Of a stretch of DNA of 64,000 nt, positions 46,755-56,417 are shown in pieces (position 1 is the first letter of the stretch; every line of letters begins with the position of its first letter). A program made the translations under genes and the position numbers. A model generated the notes under the pieces. That model had not been told where the DNA came from, did no database searches, and saw only the letters and a program-made list of their open reading frames with translations. This DNA comes from a virus (lineage: Duplodnaviria; Caudoviricetes): the IMG/VR virus record IMGVR_UViG_3300025141_000072, positions 2,040-66,039 of that record. One strand, 5' to 3'.

Positions 46755-47554
46755 AGATGACCAATTGCAAAGGGTGCAACAAGGAGTACCCGGACAACGT
46801 GCTCAACGACGGCAAGTGCAAGGGCTGCATGAGCAAGGGTGAGGAGAACACCGTGACTACGGACGAGCTCAAGAAGTCGATGGACAAGATCGAGCAGCTG
46901 ACCAAGGCCGAGACGCCGGAGGCGCGCAAGCAGGACCTCCTGCAGAAGAGCCTGGACGGCAGCGCCACCGCCGAGGAGTCGGTCGAGCTGGCATCGCTGC
47001 TCAAGGGCGAGAAGCCTGCTGGCGCGGACGTCGCCGGCGACCTGACCAAGTCGCTCACCGACGGTGACGACCTGCAGAAGTCGATCGACGTCAGCAGCGC
47101 GCTGGCCGACCTGGTCGGCAACCTCGAGAAGGCGCTCGGCTCCGTCGGCGAGCAGATCGAGAAGTCCGCGTCGCACCAAGGCGAGGTCAACCTCGTGCTG
47201 GCCAAGGGCCTGCTCGACAGCTGCAAGCTCACGGTCCAGACCAACGATCTGGTGAAGAGCCTGCAGACCGAGATCGAGTCCTACGGCCGCCAGCCGGCCG
47301 GACAGCGTCGCTCGGCGAGCACGCCGGCCGACGTGGTCAACAAGTCGCACGGCGGCCAGGCCCCGAGCGAGGACCAGATCACCAAGAGCGACGTCATCGG
47401 GCTCATGGAGGCCATGTACGACGAGGGTCGTACGCCGATGGCGCCGTGCGGCGAGGATCTCAACAAGGCCATCGCGAAGATGGAGAGCGTCGGCGACGTC
47501 AGCGCTCCCATGATGCGCGACCTGGCCGCGTACCGCTCCAAGCGGATGAACTAA
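46751..47554 (+). CDS. capsid scaffolding protein (alternative start GTG 46853)
   Basis: Helical, between protease and MCP; about 13 hydrophobic-x-K-[SAG] motifs. Confidence 0.75.
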   Translation: MKMTNCKGCNKEYPDNVLNDGKCKGCMSKGEENTVTTDELKKSMDKIEQLTKAETPEARKQDLLQKSLDGSATAEESVELASLLKGEKPAGADVAGDLTKSLTDGDDLQKSIDVSSALADLVGNLEKALGSVGEQIEKSASHQGEVNLVLAKGLLDSCKLTVQTNDLVKSLQTEIESYGRQPAGQRRSASTPADVVNKSHGGQAPSEDQITKSDVIGLMEAMYDEGRTPMAPCGEDLNKAIAKMESVGDVSAPMMRDLAAYRSKRMN

Positions 47555-47600
47555 GGCACCGTCGAACACTCGGTTCCAACGGAAGAAGGAAGGAAACACG

Positions 47601-49052
47601 ATGCAAGGTCACAACATGGTGAGCTGGCGCGACTACGAGGGTGCCGACGGTCACGGGCAGGCAACTGTTCAGGACGTCGTCGAGCTCAAGAAGGCGCTGT
47701 CCGCAGGCTCTTCGATCAACGCGCCGGCGACCGCTGCCGGAGAGGGCTTCCCGCTCCGCGTCGAGAGCCTCGAGCGTACGCTCAAGAACACCACGTATCG
47801 GATGGAGCACATCCGCCTGTGGAAGAACATCCCGAAGGTCCCGGCCTACAACACGGTCGAGGAGTACAACCGGGTGAACGAGTACGGCGCGCACGACCAG
47901 GGCGCATTCATCCGAGAGGGTGAGCTTCCTGGCGAGACCGACGCGACGTACGAGCGGGTCTACGCGACGGTGAAGTACCTCGGTACTCTTCGCCGCGTCA
48001 CCCACGTCATGAGCCTGGTGAAGCCGGCTCACGGCAACGTCATCGCGCAAGAGACCGTCGCTGGTACCATGTACCTGCTCCGTCAGCTCGAGCGCGCGCT
48101 GTTCTACGCGGACTCCACGCTGGACACCGACCAGTTCGATGGCTTCGAGGCGCTGATCGCGAACAACGCGCCGGCGACGCACATCATCGACCTGCGCGGA
48201 GCCCCGCTCGCCGAGGACAACCTCATCGACGCGGCGCTGACCATCCAGAACGCGCCCGCGTACGGCATCCCGACGCACCTCCACATCAACCCGGCGGTCA
48301 AGGCCGATCTCGTGAAGAGCTTCTTCCCGAAGGCGCGCTACGACCTGATGGAGAAGCAGGACGGCATGGTCGGCCTGAACATCAACGGGTTCACCTCGCC
48401 GGCCGGCGACGTGCGCTTCGAGCCGAACGTCTTCATCGACGACGGCGGCGTGGTTCCGGGCGCGGCCGTTGGCCCCGCGGCCAACATCCCGGCGACGCCC
48501 CTGCTCACCGTGGCTCCGGCCGCGGGCGGCGCAGCGACCGGGCCCTTGTGGCTCGCGGGCACGGGCGACCACGACGTGGGCGCCTACATCTGGCGCATCG
48601 TCGCGGTGAACCGCTTCGGCCAGAGCGCGTCTCGTCGGTTCCCCGCGGGCGCGGCGACGTTCACGCCCACGGCGGGCCAGTCGGTCACGATGACCACCAC
48701 CGATGGTGGTGGCCCGGCCGCGTCGTACTTCAAGGTCTACCGGACCTTGCGGGCGGGCGCGGACCTGACCCAGCGGCTCATCCTGCGGGTGGCCAACGGC
48801 GGCGGCGCGGTGCTGATCACGGACCTCAACGCGAGGCTCCCGCGGACCACGACCGGGTTCATGTTCCAACAGGACAACACGAACATGTCGTTCGCGCAGC
48901 TCGCGCCGATGATCAAGGTGCCCCTGGCCATCGTCGACACGGCGATTCGCTGGATGCAGCTCATCTACGGAACGCCGAAGCTGTACACGCCGAACCACAA
49001 CGTCCTCTTCCGGAATATCGGACGCGCCGCCGACTTCGTCGGCACGCCGTAG
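47601..49052 (+). CDS. major capsid protein (SPO1/Twort-like, Ig-like insertion domain)
   Basis: LKKAL.AG, LRVESLE.TLK, AYNTVEEY, VKYLG..R.V, ERALFY, FDG, QLAPMIK.PLA. Confidence 0.92.
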   Translation: MQGHNMVSWRDYEGADGHGQATVQDVVELKKALSAGSSINAPATAAGEGFPLRVESLERTLKNTTYRMEHIRLWKNIPKVPAYNTVEEYNRVNEYGAHDQGAFIREGELPGETDATYERVYATVKYLGTLRRVTHVMSLVKPAHGNVIAQETVAGTMYLLRQLERALFYADSTLDTDQFDGFEALIANNAPATHIIDLRGAPLAEDNLIDAALTIQNAPAYGIPTHLHINPAVKADLVKSFFPKARYDLMEKQDGMVGLNINGFTSPAGDVRFEPNVFIDDGGVVPGAAVGPAANIPATPLLTVAPAAGGAATGPLWLAGTGDHDVGAYIWRIVAVNRFGQSASRRFPAGAATFTPTAGQSVTMTTTDGGGPAASYFKVYRTLRAGADLTQRLILRVANGGGAVLITDLNARLPRTTTGFMFQQDNTNMSFAQLAPMIKVPLAIVDTAIRWMQLIYGTPKLYTPNHNVLFRNIGRAADFVGTP

Positions 49053-49080
49053 TCCTCGGGGACGCCGAGCAAGCAGTAGA

Positions 49081-49117
49081 GCTGGGGGCTGGACGACCGG
49101 TCCAGCCCCCAGCGTTT
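49081..49117 (+). terminator. stem-loop after the major capsid gene
   Basis: 14-bp stem GCTGGGGGCTGGAC / GTCCAGCCCCCAGC with a short T tract. Confidence 0.7.
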
Positions 49118-49133
49118 CAGTAAGGAGACCTCG

Positions 49134-49481
49134 ATGGGCGCAGCGAAAGACAAGCACCTGCACGACTTCATCCCGATGCGCGAGCTCGGCATCCGTAACC
49201 TCGTTGGCACACACCAACGTGGTCTGGGGATGCAGGTGGCCGTCGGGCAGTACACGGCCCTCGGCGCGGGCGCCGAGACGGTCTCGTTCGGCGACGACCT
49301 CGGTCTGCAGGACATGGCCGATACCAACTACGTCGTCGTTTGCACGGCCGACGACGGCGCGATCGCCGCGGGCATCACGCGGACGGTCGACGGGTTCGAC
49401 ACACCAGCTGGCGTGTTCGCGCTCAACGACGTCATCGACGTAGTCGTGGTCGGTCAGATCGAAGGTCATCCGAACCCGTAA
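49134..49481 (+). CDS. putative head decoration protein
   Basis: Directly after MCP; RBS AAGGAG. Confidence 0.6.
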   Translation: MGAAKDKHLHDFIPMRELGIRNLVGTHQRGLGMQVAVGQYTALGAGAETVSFGDDLGLQDMADTNYVVVCTADDGAIAAGITRTVDGFDTPAGVFALNDVIDVVVVGQIEGHPNP

Positions 49482-49493
49482 GCGAGGTAACGC

Positions 49494-49820
49494 ATGTCGG
49501 CCATTGGACTCAGAGGCCACCAACCGCGCGTGCGGCGGTTTGTGGGGGCCGTAGCGCCTGCGGACGCAGCTGCGGCCGTCGTGCGGCGGGACGCGCCGCA
49601 GCCCACGAGCTGGCTGCAGATCCGGAACGAGGAGGCGGCTGGAGGGAACCAGCTCCGCGTCTACTTCCTCGAGGCGGACTTCACAGCCAACGCGAATTTC
49701 ATCGTGATCGAGCCGGCTTCTGAGTACGAAGGTCCGGCTGAGGTGAAGGAGTTCTGGGTGCGGTCCGTGGGCGGCGCGATTGCGGACGCGGTCGCCGTCT
49801 TCTACATGCGGAGAGGCTAA
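49494..49820 (+). CDS. putative virion protein
   Basis: beta-rich small ORF, RBS GAGG. Confidence 0.6.
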   Translation: MSAIGLRGHQPRVRRFVGAVAPADAAAAVVRRDAPQPTSWLQIRNEEAAGGNQLRVYFLEADFTANANFIVIEPASEYEGPAEVKEFWVRSVGGAIADAVAVFYMRRG

Positions 49821-49823
49821 GCA

Positions 49824-50579
49824 ATGGGCATCTCGCAATCGCAGGGCGGTGGCGGCACAGCAGCAGAAGTCCTCGACGAAGCCATCGCCGTAGCCGGCAA
49901 CGACTCGACGCTGAACTTCACGGGCGCAGGCGTTACTGCGACGCAAGACGGCGGCGACCCGAATCAGGTCAACATTGACATCCCAGGCGTTGCTGGCGGA
50001 GACCACGGCGTCCTCGTCGGTCTGGGTGACGACGACCATACTCAGTATCTGTTGGCCGACGGTACTCGTGCCTTGACCGGGCCAATGGACTTCGGCGGCG
50101 CGGCTCATACGAACGCCGAGAGCTTCGCGCTTGCCAACGCAGCCTGCAGCGGCATCTTCCGCGCGCTCGTCAACGCGATCGAGATCGGCGCGGTCAGCGC
50201 GCACAGCGTCCGGCTGATGGTCAGCAACGCGAAGAAGTTCCAGATCAACGCCAGCGTGATGGAGCTGACGAACGTCGGTGTCCGTCACGAGTACGTCGCG
50301 TACGGGGCCGGCAACGACACGCTCGCGGTGACGCAGAGCATTGTCGGTAAGACCGGTATCACCGGCGGCGGCGATACAATGACGCTACCAGCTCCAGCGA
50401 CAGCCGGCGCGGGTTGGATCTGCTCGATCACTGACGAGTCCGGCGGCGCCGGCACCGACCACATCACGGTCGACGTCTCGGGCGGCGCGAACATCTCCGG
50501 CCAGGCGTCGGTGGACATCACCGAGGACTACGGGACGCTCAACGTCTACAGCAACGGGTCCGAATACTTCATCAGGTAG
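49824..50579 (+). CDS. fibre/decoration protein with DDDHTQY module
   Basis: LNFTGAGVTAT, DHGVLVGLGDDDHTQYLLADG, TLPAPA, ITDESG. Confidence 0.7.
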   Translation: MGISQSQGGGGTAAEVLDEAIAVAGNDSTLNFTGAGVTATQDGGDPNQVNIDIPGVAGGDHGVLVGLGDDDHTQYLLADGTRALTGPMDFGGAAHTNAESFALANAACSGIFRALVNAIEIGAVSAHSVRLMVSNAKKFQINASVMELTNVGVRHEYVAYGAGNDTLAVTQSIVGKTGITGGGDTMTLPAPATAGAGWICSITDESGGAGTDHITVDVSGGANISGQASVDITEDYGTLNVYSNGSEYFIR

Positions 50580-50590
50580 GAGAGGCAACG

Positions 50591-50836
50591 ATGGCACGAG
50601 ACAGAGTCAACATCGGCCGCGCGGTTCGTAGGCCCGTCGCGAACACGATCGACGTCGTCAATGTCACCGCGCAGTTCGACGGCGACATGAACCTGACGAG
50701 CCTCGCGGTCTTCTTCACCTTGGAGGGTGACGAGACGGTTTACGAAGGCAGCGCGTTCACGCCCGGCGTGCCGGTCGGCCAGCTCCGCCGCGAAGTCCGG
50801 CGCGTCGCGAAGGCCGCAGCCGAGGCGCTCGGATGA
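50591..50836 (+). CDS. hypothetical protein
   Basis: RBS GAGG. Confidence 0.55.
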   Translation: MARDRVNIGRAVRRPVANTIDVVNVTAQFDGDMNLTSLAVFFTLEGDETVYEGSAFTPGVPVGQLRREVRRVAKAAAEALG

Positions 50837-51171
50837 GCTACCTCGTACCGGCGCCGCACCAGGTGGTCATCCCGTCGCTGACGGCGTGGACCGGCGTCGC
50901 CGAGCGTCTCGTTGGCTCGGTCTACCTCCCCGTGCGCAAGATCCCGATCATCCGCGCGTACTTGGGTGAGGAGACCGCGGCACACGACGCCTCGCTGCGG
51001 CTCCGTCGTGACACAGGTGGGGCTGAATTGACGACGCTGACCTCTGGCGCCCTCCCGGCCAACGTGCAGGTTGTCGACGTCACCGTCGCCAACGCCGACT
51101 GGTACCACCTGTATCTGCTCACCGATGACGCGGCTGGCGTCTGCATCTGCACGGGCGTGCGCTTCGAGTAG
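50833..51171 (+). CDS. putative virion protein (paralog of the 53868 C-terminus)
   Basis: LGEET...DASLR...WY.LYL...ICTGV.F. Confidence 0.65.
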   Translation: MSYLVPAPHQVVIPSLTAWTGVAERLVGSVYLPVRKIPIIRAYLGEETAAHDASLRLRRDTGGAELTTLTSGALPANVQVVDVTVANADWYHLYLLTDDAAGVCICTGVRFE

Positions 51172-51180
51172 GAGAGATCG

Positions 51181-52182
51181 ATGCCTGATTACGAAAAGAG
51201 TTGGACCCTTTCTTGGGACGTCGACGTCACCGGCGCATCGGCTGTGCTCACCGGCGCAGGCTGGGCCATCGCGCTCAAAGACCTGCTGCTCGATACCGCC
51301 GAAGCCGATGGCGGCGAGTGGACGATCGAAGGCTGCTCCGACGGGTCTGCTGTGGATGCTACCGATCGCTGGGGCAGCGACACGTCAAAGGTCGTCTGGG
51401 ATTCGGCCGGCCAGCCGCACTCGTGGATCGAGCTGTCGAAGACGTACCGCGGCACGACCTGGTACCTCATCATCGACTGCGCCAACACCGACGGCGAGAC
51501 GTTGACCGTGGTGTACAGCCACACGGCTCCGTCCACTGGCGGAACGACCACGAACCGTCCGACTACCGCGGGCGCGTCGGCGTACACGTACACCGACCAG
51601 TGCATCAGCCACGTCGGCGGGCAGACGATGTACTTCCACGGCTCTCGAAACGAGGACGGCGGCTTCCTCGTCTCGTCGGGCCGTACTGGACTCGACAAGC
51701 TCCCGCTCAACATGGTCTTCGCGACGTTGGAGACGACGCGTACGAACCTGGCCGACCCCTACGCCGTCTGGTTCGGCTTGAAGTACAACGAGGCCGACAC
51801 GTACGGTCCGTGGGAGCTGAACGACTCCAGCAACGGAATGGCCGACGACACGAACTTCGGGATGTTCGACGAGACGGGTGCGACCGACGCGGATGGCTTC
51901 GAGTCGTGTCCTGGCTACACGGCACATACCCACATCACGACCAACCAGTCTGCGTGCGCGCAGTTCCCGATCGGTGGGGACGCAGTTGACGGCTCGTGGC
52001 CGACACTCCCGGTCCACGTCTTCAATGGCGACGCTGGGCAATACAGCTTGCGTGGCCGATGGGCCGATGTCTGGCAGACGAGCTTACAAAGTCAGCTCGG
52101 CGGTGCCCCGACGGGCGGTCCGTTCACTCACATCGTGACCGGATGGGTGGGCATCCCGAGCGATACGGAGCCGACGCACTAA
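51181..52182 (+). CDS. putative virion structural protein, Thr/Gly-rich
   Basis: 333 aa, RBS GGAG. Confidence 0.65.
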   Translation: MPDYEKSWTLSWDVDVTGASAVLTGAGWAIALKDLLLDTAEADGGEWTIEGCSDGSAVDATDRWGSDTSKVVWDSAGQPHSWIELSKTYRGTTWYLIIDCANTDGETLTVVYSHTAPSTGGTTTNRPTTAGASAYTYTDQCISHVGGQTMYFHGSRNEDGGFLVSSGRTGLDKLPLNMVFATLETTRTNLADPYAVWFGLKYNEADTYGPWELNDSSNGMADDTNFGMFDETGATDADGFESCPGYTAHTHITTNQSACAQFPIGGDAVDGSWPTLPVHVFNGDAGQYSLRGRWADVWQTSLQSQLGGAPTGGPFTHIVTGWVGIPSDTEPTH

Positions 52183-52445
52183 TGGACATGTACGACAACC
52201 AACTGTTCGCGAACGCGCCGCTTAACATGCGGCAGTCGTCGCCGAGCGTTCGCATGTTCAACACAGATCCGTCAGGCGGTGGTGGAGCGACGACGACGTA
52301 CCACCTGCGCGCGTGGGACAGTGGACTCGTGCAGTACGTGACGTGGACGAGCGCGGACACGCCCGATCTCTCGCCAGCGTCCGGAGACACGACGCCGAAC
52401 TACACCGGGACCCTCTCGGGCCACCACATCAGTTACACGACGTAG
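52182..52445 (+). CDS. small Thr-rich virion protein
   Basis: TAATG coupling. Confidence 0.55.
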   Translation: MDMYDNQLFANAPLNMRQSSPSVRMFNTDPSGGGGATTTYHLRAWDSGLVQYVTWTSADTPDLSPASGDTTPNYTGTLSGHHISYTT

Positions 52446-52454
52446 GAGTCCCCC

Positions 52455-53864
52455 TTGCGCTACGACATCGAGCACTTCTGGCAGGTTCCGGATGCGGACG
52501 ACTATGCGCCGGCGATGGAGCGGGCGCAGCAGTGGATCCCACCGGACGGGCACATCGAGCTGGTCTTCGGGCCGAAGCTCTACCGCTTCAGCAAGAAGGT
52601 CGATCTCTACCGCGGCGTCAGCCTCATAGGACTGGAGTCGGTCGTCGGCATCAAGGGCGACGCGACGCCGCAGGGCGGCAACGAGGCTGTCCCGACGCTG
52701 CACTTCGACAACAGCACCATCGGCTTCGAGATCCACTTCCCCGGCACGTACGCACCGGAACCGGAAAGCCGCGGCACCGTCACGATGCGCAACCTGGTGC
52801 TCCACGGCTCAGGGCACCTGTCCGGGTTGGAGAACCACGGCATCCGCGTCCGAAACCGGCCCGTGCTCGACGGCATCACCGTCCGCCAGTTTGGCGGCGA
52901 TGGCATCCATGCGTACTGCACGAGCCCCGTTTTGCCTGGAGGCGACGAGAACCCAGGCAACTGCAACCTGATGAAGCTCAACAACGTCAGGTTGTACTTG
53001 AATGGTGGCCACGGTCTGTACCTGAACGGAGCGGACTCAAACGGCGGTGTGTTCATCGGGCTCGACGTCAACGCGAACGGGCAGGCGTTGCTCGAGGCCA
53101 TCCAGATCTACGACTCCAGCTTCCTCGGAAACGTCTACATTGGCTTCCACATTGGCGGAAATCAGTACGGCGGACGCGCAGTCGTCACGGACAACGCGAA
53201 CGCTCGCTGCTTGTTGTTGGGCTGCTACGTCGAGGGCGTCAAAGGCCTGCACATGGTGCCCCCTTCGATGTCCGTCGGCGGCTTCTGTGGCCCCGAAGAG
53301 GGGGCCACTGCGCACATCGACGCGGACCTGAACGGGCTCGTGCGTGTGGAGCCCGGCGTGACGTGCATGAACAGCGCCGGCGACAACGTCATCGAGACGC
53401 GTCTCGGCAGCGCAAAGATCGGCAACGTCGCTCTGGAGCTGCTCGTCGATCAATCGGCGACGCAGCGCATCCACTACGCGAGAAAGAACCCCGGTTGGTG
53501 GGAGTTCATCGACAGCAATGCAGCCACGTTGATCGCCTTCGCGATCTCAACCAAATTCGCCGAAGAGGGCCGCGGTCAGATCTGGTTCCCGAACGGGCTC
53601 TACTTCGGAGGCATCAATAGCCCGCGAGGCAAGCAGACCACGGAGCTGCGCGGCGGCATTGAGGTCGTCGTCACCGAACTGGGCGGCGCAGCGCGAGCTG
53701 AAGGGCACGCCACTGCGCCTCCGCACGCTGGCGACTGGGCGCAGGGCGACAAGGTGTGGAACTCCGAGCCTGCTGCCGGCGCTACGCTCGGCTGGATCTG
53801 CACGGTCTCCGGAACGCCGGGGACGTGGGCATCGATGGCTGCGATCGGGGACGAGGAGCCCTAG
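52455..53864 (+). CDS. right-handed beta-helix (pectate-lyase-like) spike/depolymerase
   Basis: Asn/Gly ladders FGGDGIH, NGGHGLYLNG.D.N; C-terminal GDKVWNSEP..G..LGWICTVSGTPGTW. Confidence 0.7.
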   Translation: MRYDIEHFWQVPDADDYAPAMERAQQWIPPDGHIELVFGPKLYRFSKKVDLYRGVSLIGLESVVGIKGDATPQGGNEAVPTLHFDNSTIGFEIHFPGTYAPEPESRGTVTMRNLVLHGSGHLSGLENHGIRVRNRPVLDGITVRQFGGDGIHAYCTSPVLPGGDENPGNCNLMKLNNVRLYLNGGHGLYLNGADSNGGVFIGLDVNANGQALLEAIQIYDSSFLGNVYIGFHIGGNQYGGRAVVTDNANARCLLLGCYVEGVKGLHMVPPSMSVGGFCGPEEGATAHIDADLNGLVRVEPGVTCMNSAGDNVIETRLGSAKIGNVALELLVDQSATQRIHYARKNPGWWEFIDSNAATLIAFAISTKFAEEGRGQIWFPNGLYFGGINSPRGKQTTELRGGIEVVVTELGGAARAEGHATAPPHAGDWAQGDKVWNSEPAAGATLGWICTVSGTPGTWASMAAIGDEEP

Positions 53865-53867
53865 TCC

Positions 53868-54419
53868 GTGGGGCTCACCAAACCGAACGCGGGTTCTGGT
53901 GGGCTCGCGAAGCCTGAAGCGGGCGGCGGAGGCGGCGTGACCGATCACGGCGCCCTGACCGGGCTCGCCGACGACGACCATACTCAGTACGCACTCGCCG
54001 ACGGGTCACGCGCGTTCACGGCGCCGGTCGGCGGGATCGCGCCAGTCGCGGGCGCCGACTTGGCGACGAAGACCTACGTGGACGGCGTGGTTGTCGCCGG
54101 GGCCATTCATGCGGTCCTGGCCATCACCGCCGTCACGGGGACGACGGAGACCTTGGTTGGCGCCGTGAAGCTCCCAGCCAACGCGAACACCTCGATCGCG
54201 GCCTGGCTTGGCGAAGAGACCGGCACGTACGATGCGAGCTTACGGATTCGGAAGGCGAGCGACGCGACGGTCCTTGCGACGCTGGCGGCGTCCACTGCAA
54301 CGCCGGCCGAGGTCACGGCCGCTGGGGTCAACGTCCCGAGCGAGGCTTGGTACGAGCTGTACTTGTACTCCGACAATGCGAGCGGCACGGCGATCTGTAC
54401 CGGGGTGAACTTCGGGTAA
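53868..54419 (+). CDS. chimeric decoration protein (DDDHTQY module plus 50833-like domain)
   Basis: DHGALTGLADDDHTQYALADG, DLATKTYVD, LGEETGTYDASLR. Confidence 0.7.
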   Translation: MGLTKPNAGSGGLAKPEAGGGGGVTDHGALTGLADDDHTQYALADGSRAFTAPVGGIAPVAGADLATKTYVDGVVVAGAIHAVLAITAVTGTTETLVGAVKLPANANTSIAAWLGEETGTYDASLRIRKASDATVLATLAASTATPAEVTAAGVNVPSEAWYELYLYSDNASGTAICTGVNFG

Positions 54420-54670
54420 TGCCGGAAGCCGCCATCAACGCCCTACAGTCGGTGTGGCCTCTGCTCGTCGCCGCCGTAGCGATCCTGCTCAGCGCCGGTG
54501 CCGCGATCGGGTGGTGGCTTGTTCATCACGGCACGGTTGGGCAGGAGGAGCGACTCCGTCGAGAACGCCGCGCCCGCATCCGTGAAGTCTTGGTCGCGTT
54601 CGACGTGTCGCCTGACCGCCGAGATGCCTGCGTGGACGCGCTCGAGCGGCTCATGGCATCCTGGGACTAG
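54419..54670 (+). CDS. small membrane protein
   Basis: WPLLVAAVAILLSAGAAIGWWLV. Confidence 0.6.
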   Translation: MPEAAINALQSVWPLLVAAVAILLSAGAAIGWWLVHHGTVGQEERLRRERRARIREVLVAFDVSPDRRDACVDALERLMASWD

Positions 54671-54672
54671 TC

Positions 54673-54960
54673 GTGCCGCATCCGTTCATCCACTTCTTCT
54701 CGCTCGCGACGAAGCCGACGTACACACAGTCGTCTGTGCCGTTCGTCGGGACGCACGTCATCGTCTCGAACGACGACAGCACGAACCACGCCGAGTTCTC
54801 GCTCGACGGCGGCACGACCGTGCATGGGCAGGTCCTCGCCGGCGAGACGCTGGAGCTGGACGATCTCCGCTTCGCGACTGTCGACGTCCGCGACTACGCG
54901 AGCGGCTCGGCCGCGACGGTGCGGTGCTGGGTCACCAGCAAGACCGCGCAGCAGCTGTAG
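54673..54960 (+). CDS. small beta-sandwich virion-like protein
   Basis: VSNDD, EFSLDG.TVHG.V.AGE. Confidence 0.6.
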   Translation: MPHPFIHFFSLATKPTYTQSSVPFVGTHVIVSNDDSTNHAEFSLDGGTTVHGQVLAGETLELDDLRFATVDVRDYASGSAATVRCWVTSKTAQQL

Positions 54961-55011
54961 CCTCGAGCTCTTCTTGCCGTCCGGACAGAAATGTGACAGC
55001 GTCCCTCCGGC

Positions 55012-55212
55012 GTGTCCGGACGAAAATCCAAGCCGGTCGGCCGCCCTGCGGGCTCTGGCGAGTTCCCTGACCGTGTCGAAGTTCGCGTGCGCGCGGGCGA
55101 CAAGCGCGAGCTGACCGAGCGCTTCGAGGAAGAGAATGCCGCGCGCTCGCCGCGCTACCGATTCGCCTCCATGGCGTCTTGGATGCGCAGGAAGCTGGGG
55201 CTCCGGCCGTGA
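55012..55212 (+). CDS. small ribbon-helix-helix regulator with GRP hook
   Basis: VGRP, RVEVRV, SMASWMRRKL; heads the GT operon by GTGA overlap. Confidence 0.6.
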   Translation: MSGRKSKPVGRPAGSGEFPDRVEVRVRAGDKRELTERFEEENAARSPRYRFASMASWMRRKLGLRP

Positions 55213-56417
55213 CTCGGCGACTGCTGCTGCACTCCGATTCGCTGTGCGCCGACACGGGGTTCGCGGGCGTCGTGCGCACGATCGTCTCGGAGCTTCGCGA
55301 TTGGGAGATCGACCAGGTCGGCATCAATCACCCAGACGCGCTCGTCGACCACGACCACGCGCGCATTTACTCGACGCGCGGCCAGAAGGACCACGGTGGC
55401 CAGCTCGCGTGCAACCTGTACCTGCAGCGCGACTACGACCTCATGCTCATCGTGCAGGACCTCCACGTCGGCGCGCAGTGGGCCCGCGGGCTCCGCAGCG
55501 CCCGCGTGCAGCGTGCTCGCCAGCGGTTGAAGAAGACCCCGATCGTGTTCCTGTTCCCGGTCGACGGACCCATGCTCGGCTTTACCGAGCTGGTAGACCT
55601 CGCCGATTGCGCCGTGACCTGCACGCGCTGGGGCCGGCAGATCGTCGGCGACGTCTCCACCGCGCGGGTCCAGGTCGTCCCGCACGACGTGGACGTCGAT
55701 GCGTTCCGGCCGCTGGGCGACGCAGAACGGGCCCGTCTCCGCCGTAGCGTGTTCAACGTGCGTCCGGACGTACTCACCGTGCTGTCCGTCGCGGTGAACA
55801 CCATCCGCAAGGATCTGTTCCAAGCGCTGCAGGGCATCGCAGCGCTGAAGGCTCGGCGCGGTCCGGTCGTCAAGGTGCACTTCCACACGTCCGGTGTGCA
55901 CCAGGGCATGAACCTGCAGCTGATGGCGTCGTCGCTCGGGCTGGTGCAGGGTCTCGACTACCAGATCGCAGACCCGTCTCTGCTGGGCGCACCGCGCGAG
56001 ATCATCAACGAGCTCTACAACGCGTCCGACGCCGTGCTGTTCACGTCGCGGCGTGAGGGCTGGGGCTTGCCTATGACGGAGGCGATGGCGGCCGGGACGG
56101 CTGTCGTCGCGCCGCGCTACGGCCCATTCGAGGAGTTGCTGGGCGACGACCGCGGCTTCCTGCACGAGCCGGCCGGCCTGATCTGGACGGACAAGGAGCA
56201 CAGGGGTCCGTGCTGGTTGTCCGACCCAGAGGCCGTCGCCGATCAGCTCGAGCTTGTGCTGGAGTGGCGCGGCACCCCCGCGCACCAGCAGCTCCTCGAT
56301 CGTGCCCGCGCGTACGTGGGCCACTTCGCGCCGACGGTGCTCGCGCCGCGCTGGCGCAAGCTGCTGTACGACGTCGCGGCCGGCCAGGTGCCCGCGGTCG
56401 AGGGAGCACTGCAGTGA
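55209..56417 (+). CDS. glycosyltransferase, GT4/GT-B
   Basis: TGFAGV, N..RKD, SRREGWGLPMTEAMAAG. Confidence 0.9.
   Translation: MTRRLLLHSDSLCADTGFAGVVRTIVSELRDWEIDQVGINHPDALVDHDHARIYSTRGQKDHGGQLACNLYLQRDYDLMLIVQDLHVGAQWARGLRSARVQRARQRLKKTPIVFLFPVDGPMLGFTELVDLADCAVTCTRWGRQIVGDVSTARVQVVPHDVDVDAFRPLGDAERARLRRSVFNVRPDVLTVLSVAVNTIRKDLFQALQGIAALKARRGPVVKVHFHTSGVHQGMNLQLMASSLGLVQGLDYQIADPSLLGAPREIINELYNASDAVLFTSRREGWGLPMTEAMAAGTAVVAPRYGPFEELLGDDRGFLHEPAGLIWTDKEHRGPCWLSDPEAVADQLELVLEWRGTPAHQQLLDRARAYVGHFAPTVLAPRWRKLLYDVAAGQVPAVEGALQ

Noticed and set aside
48440-48840. Ig/FN3-like insertion in the major capsid as a novelty
   Set aside because: An insertion domain at this position is expected in SPO1/Twort-like capsid proteins
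40279-50288. Long minus-strand ORFs (675, 442, 929 aa)
   Set aside because: Antisense to portal, 2H protein and capsid; Arg/Ala-rich with no motifs or RBS
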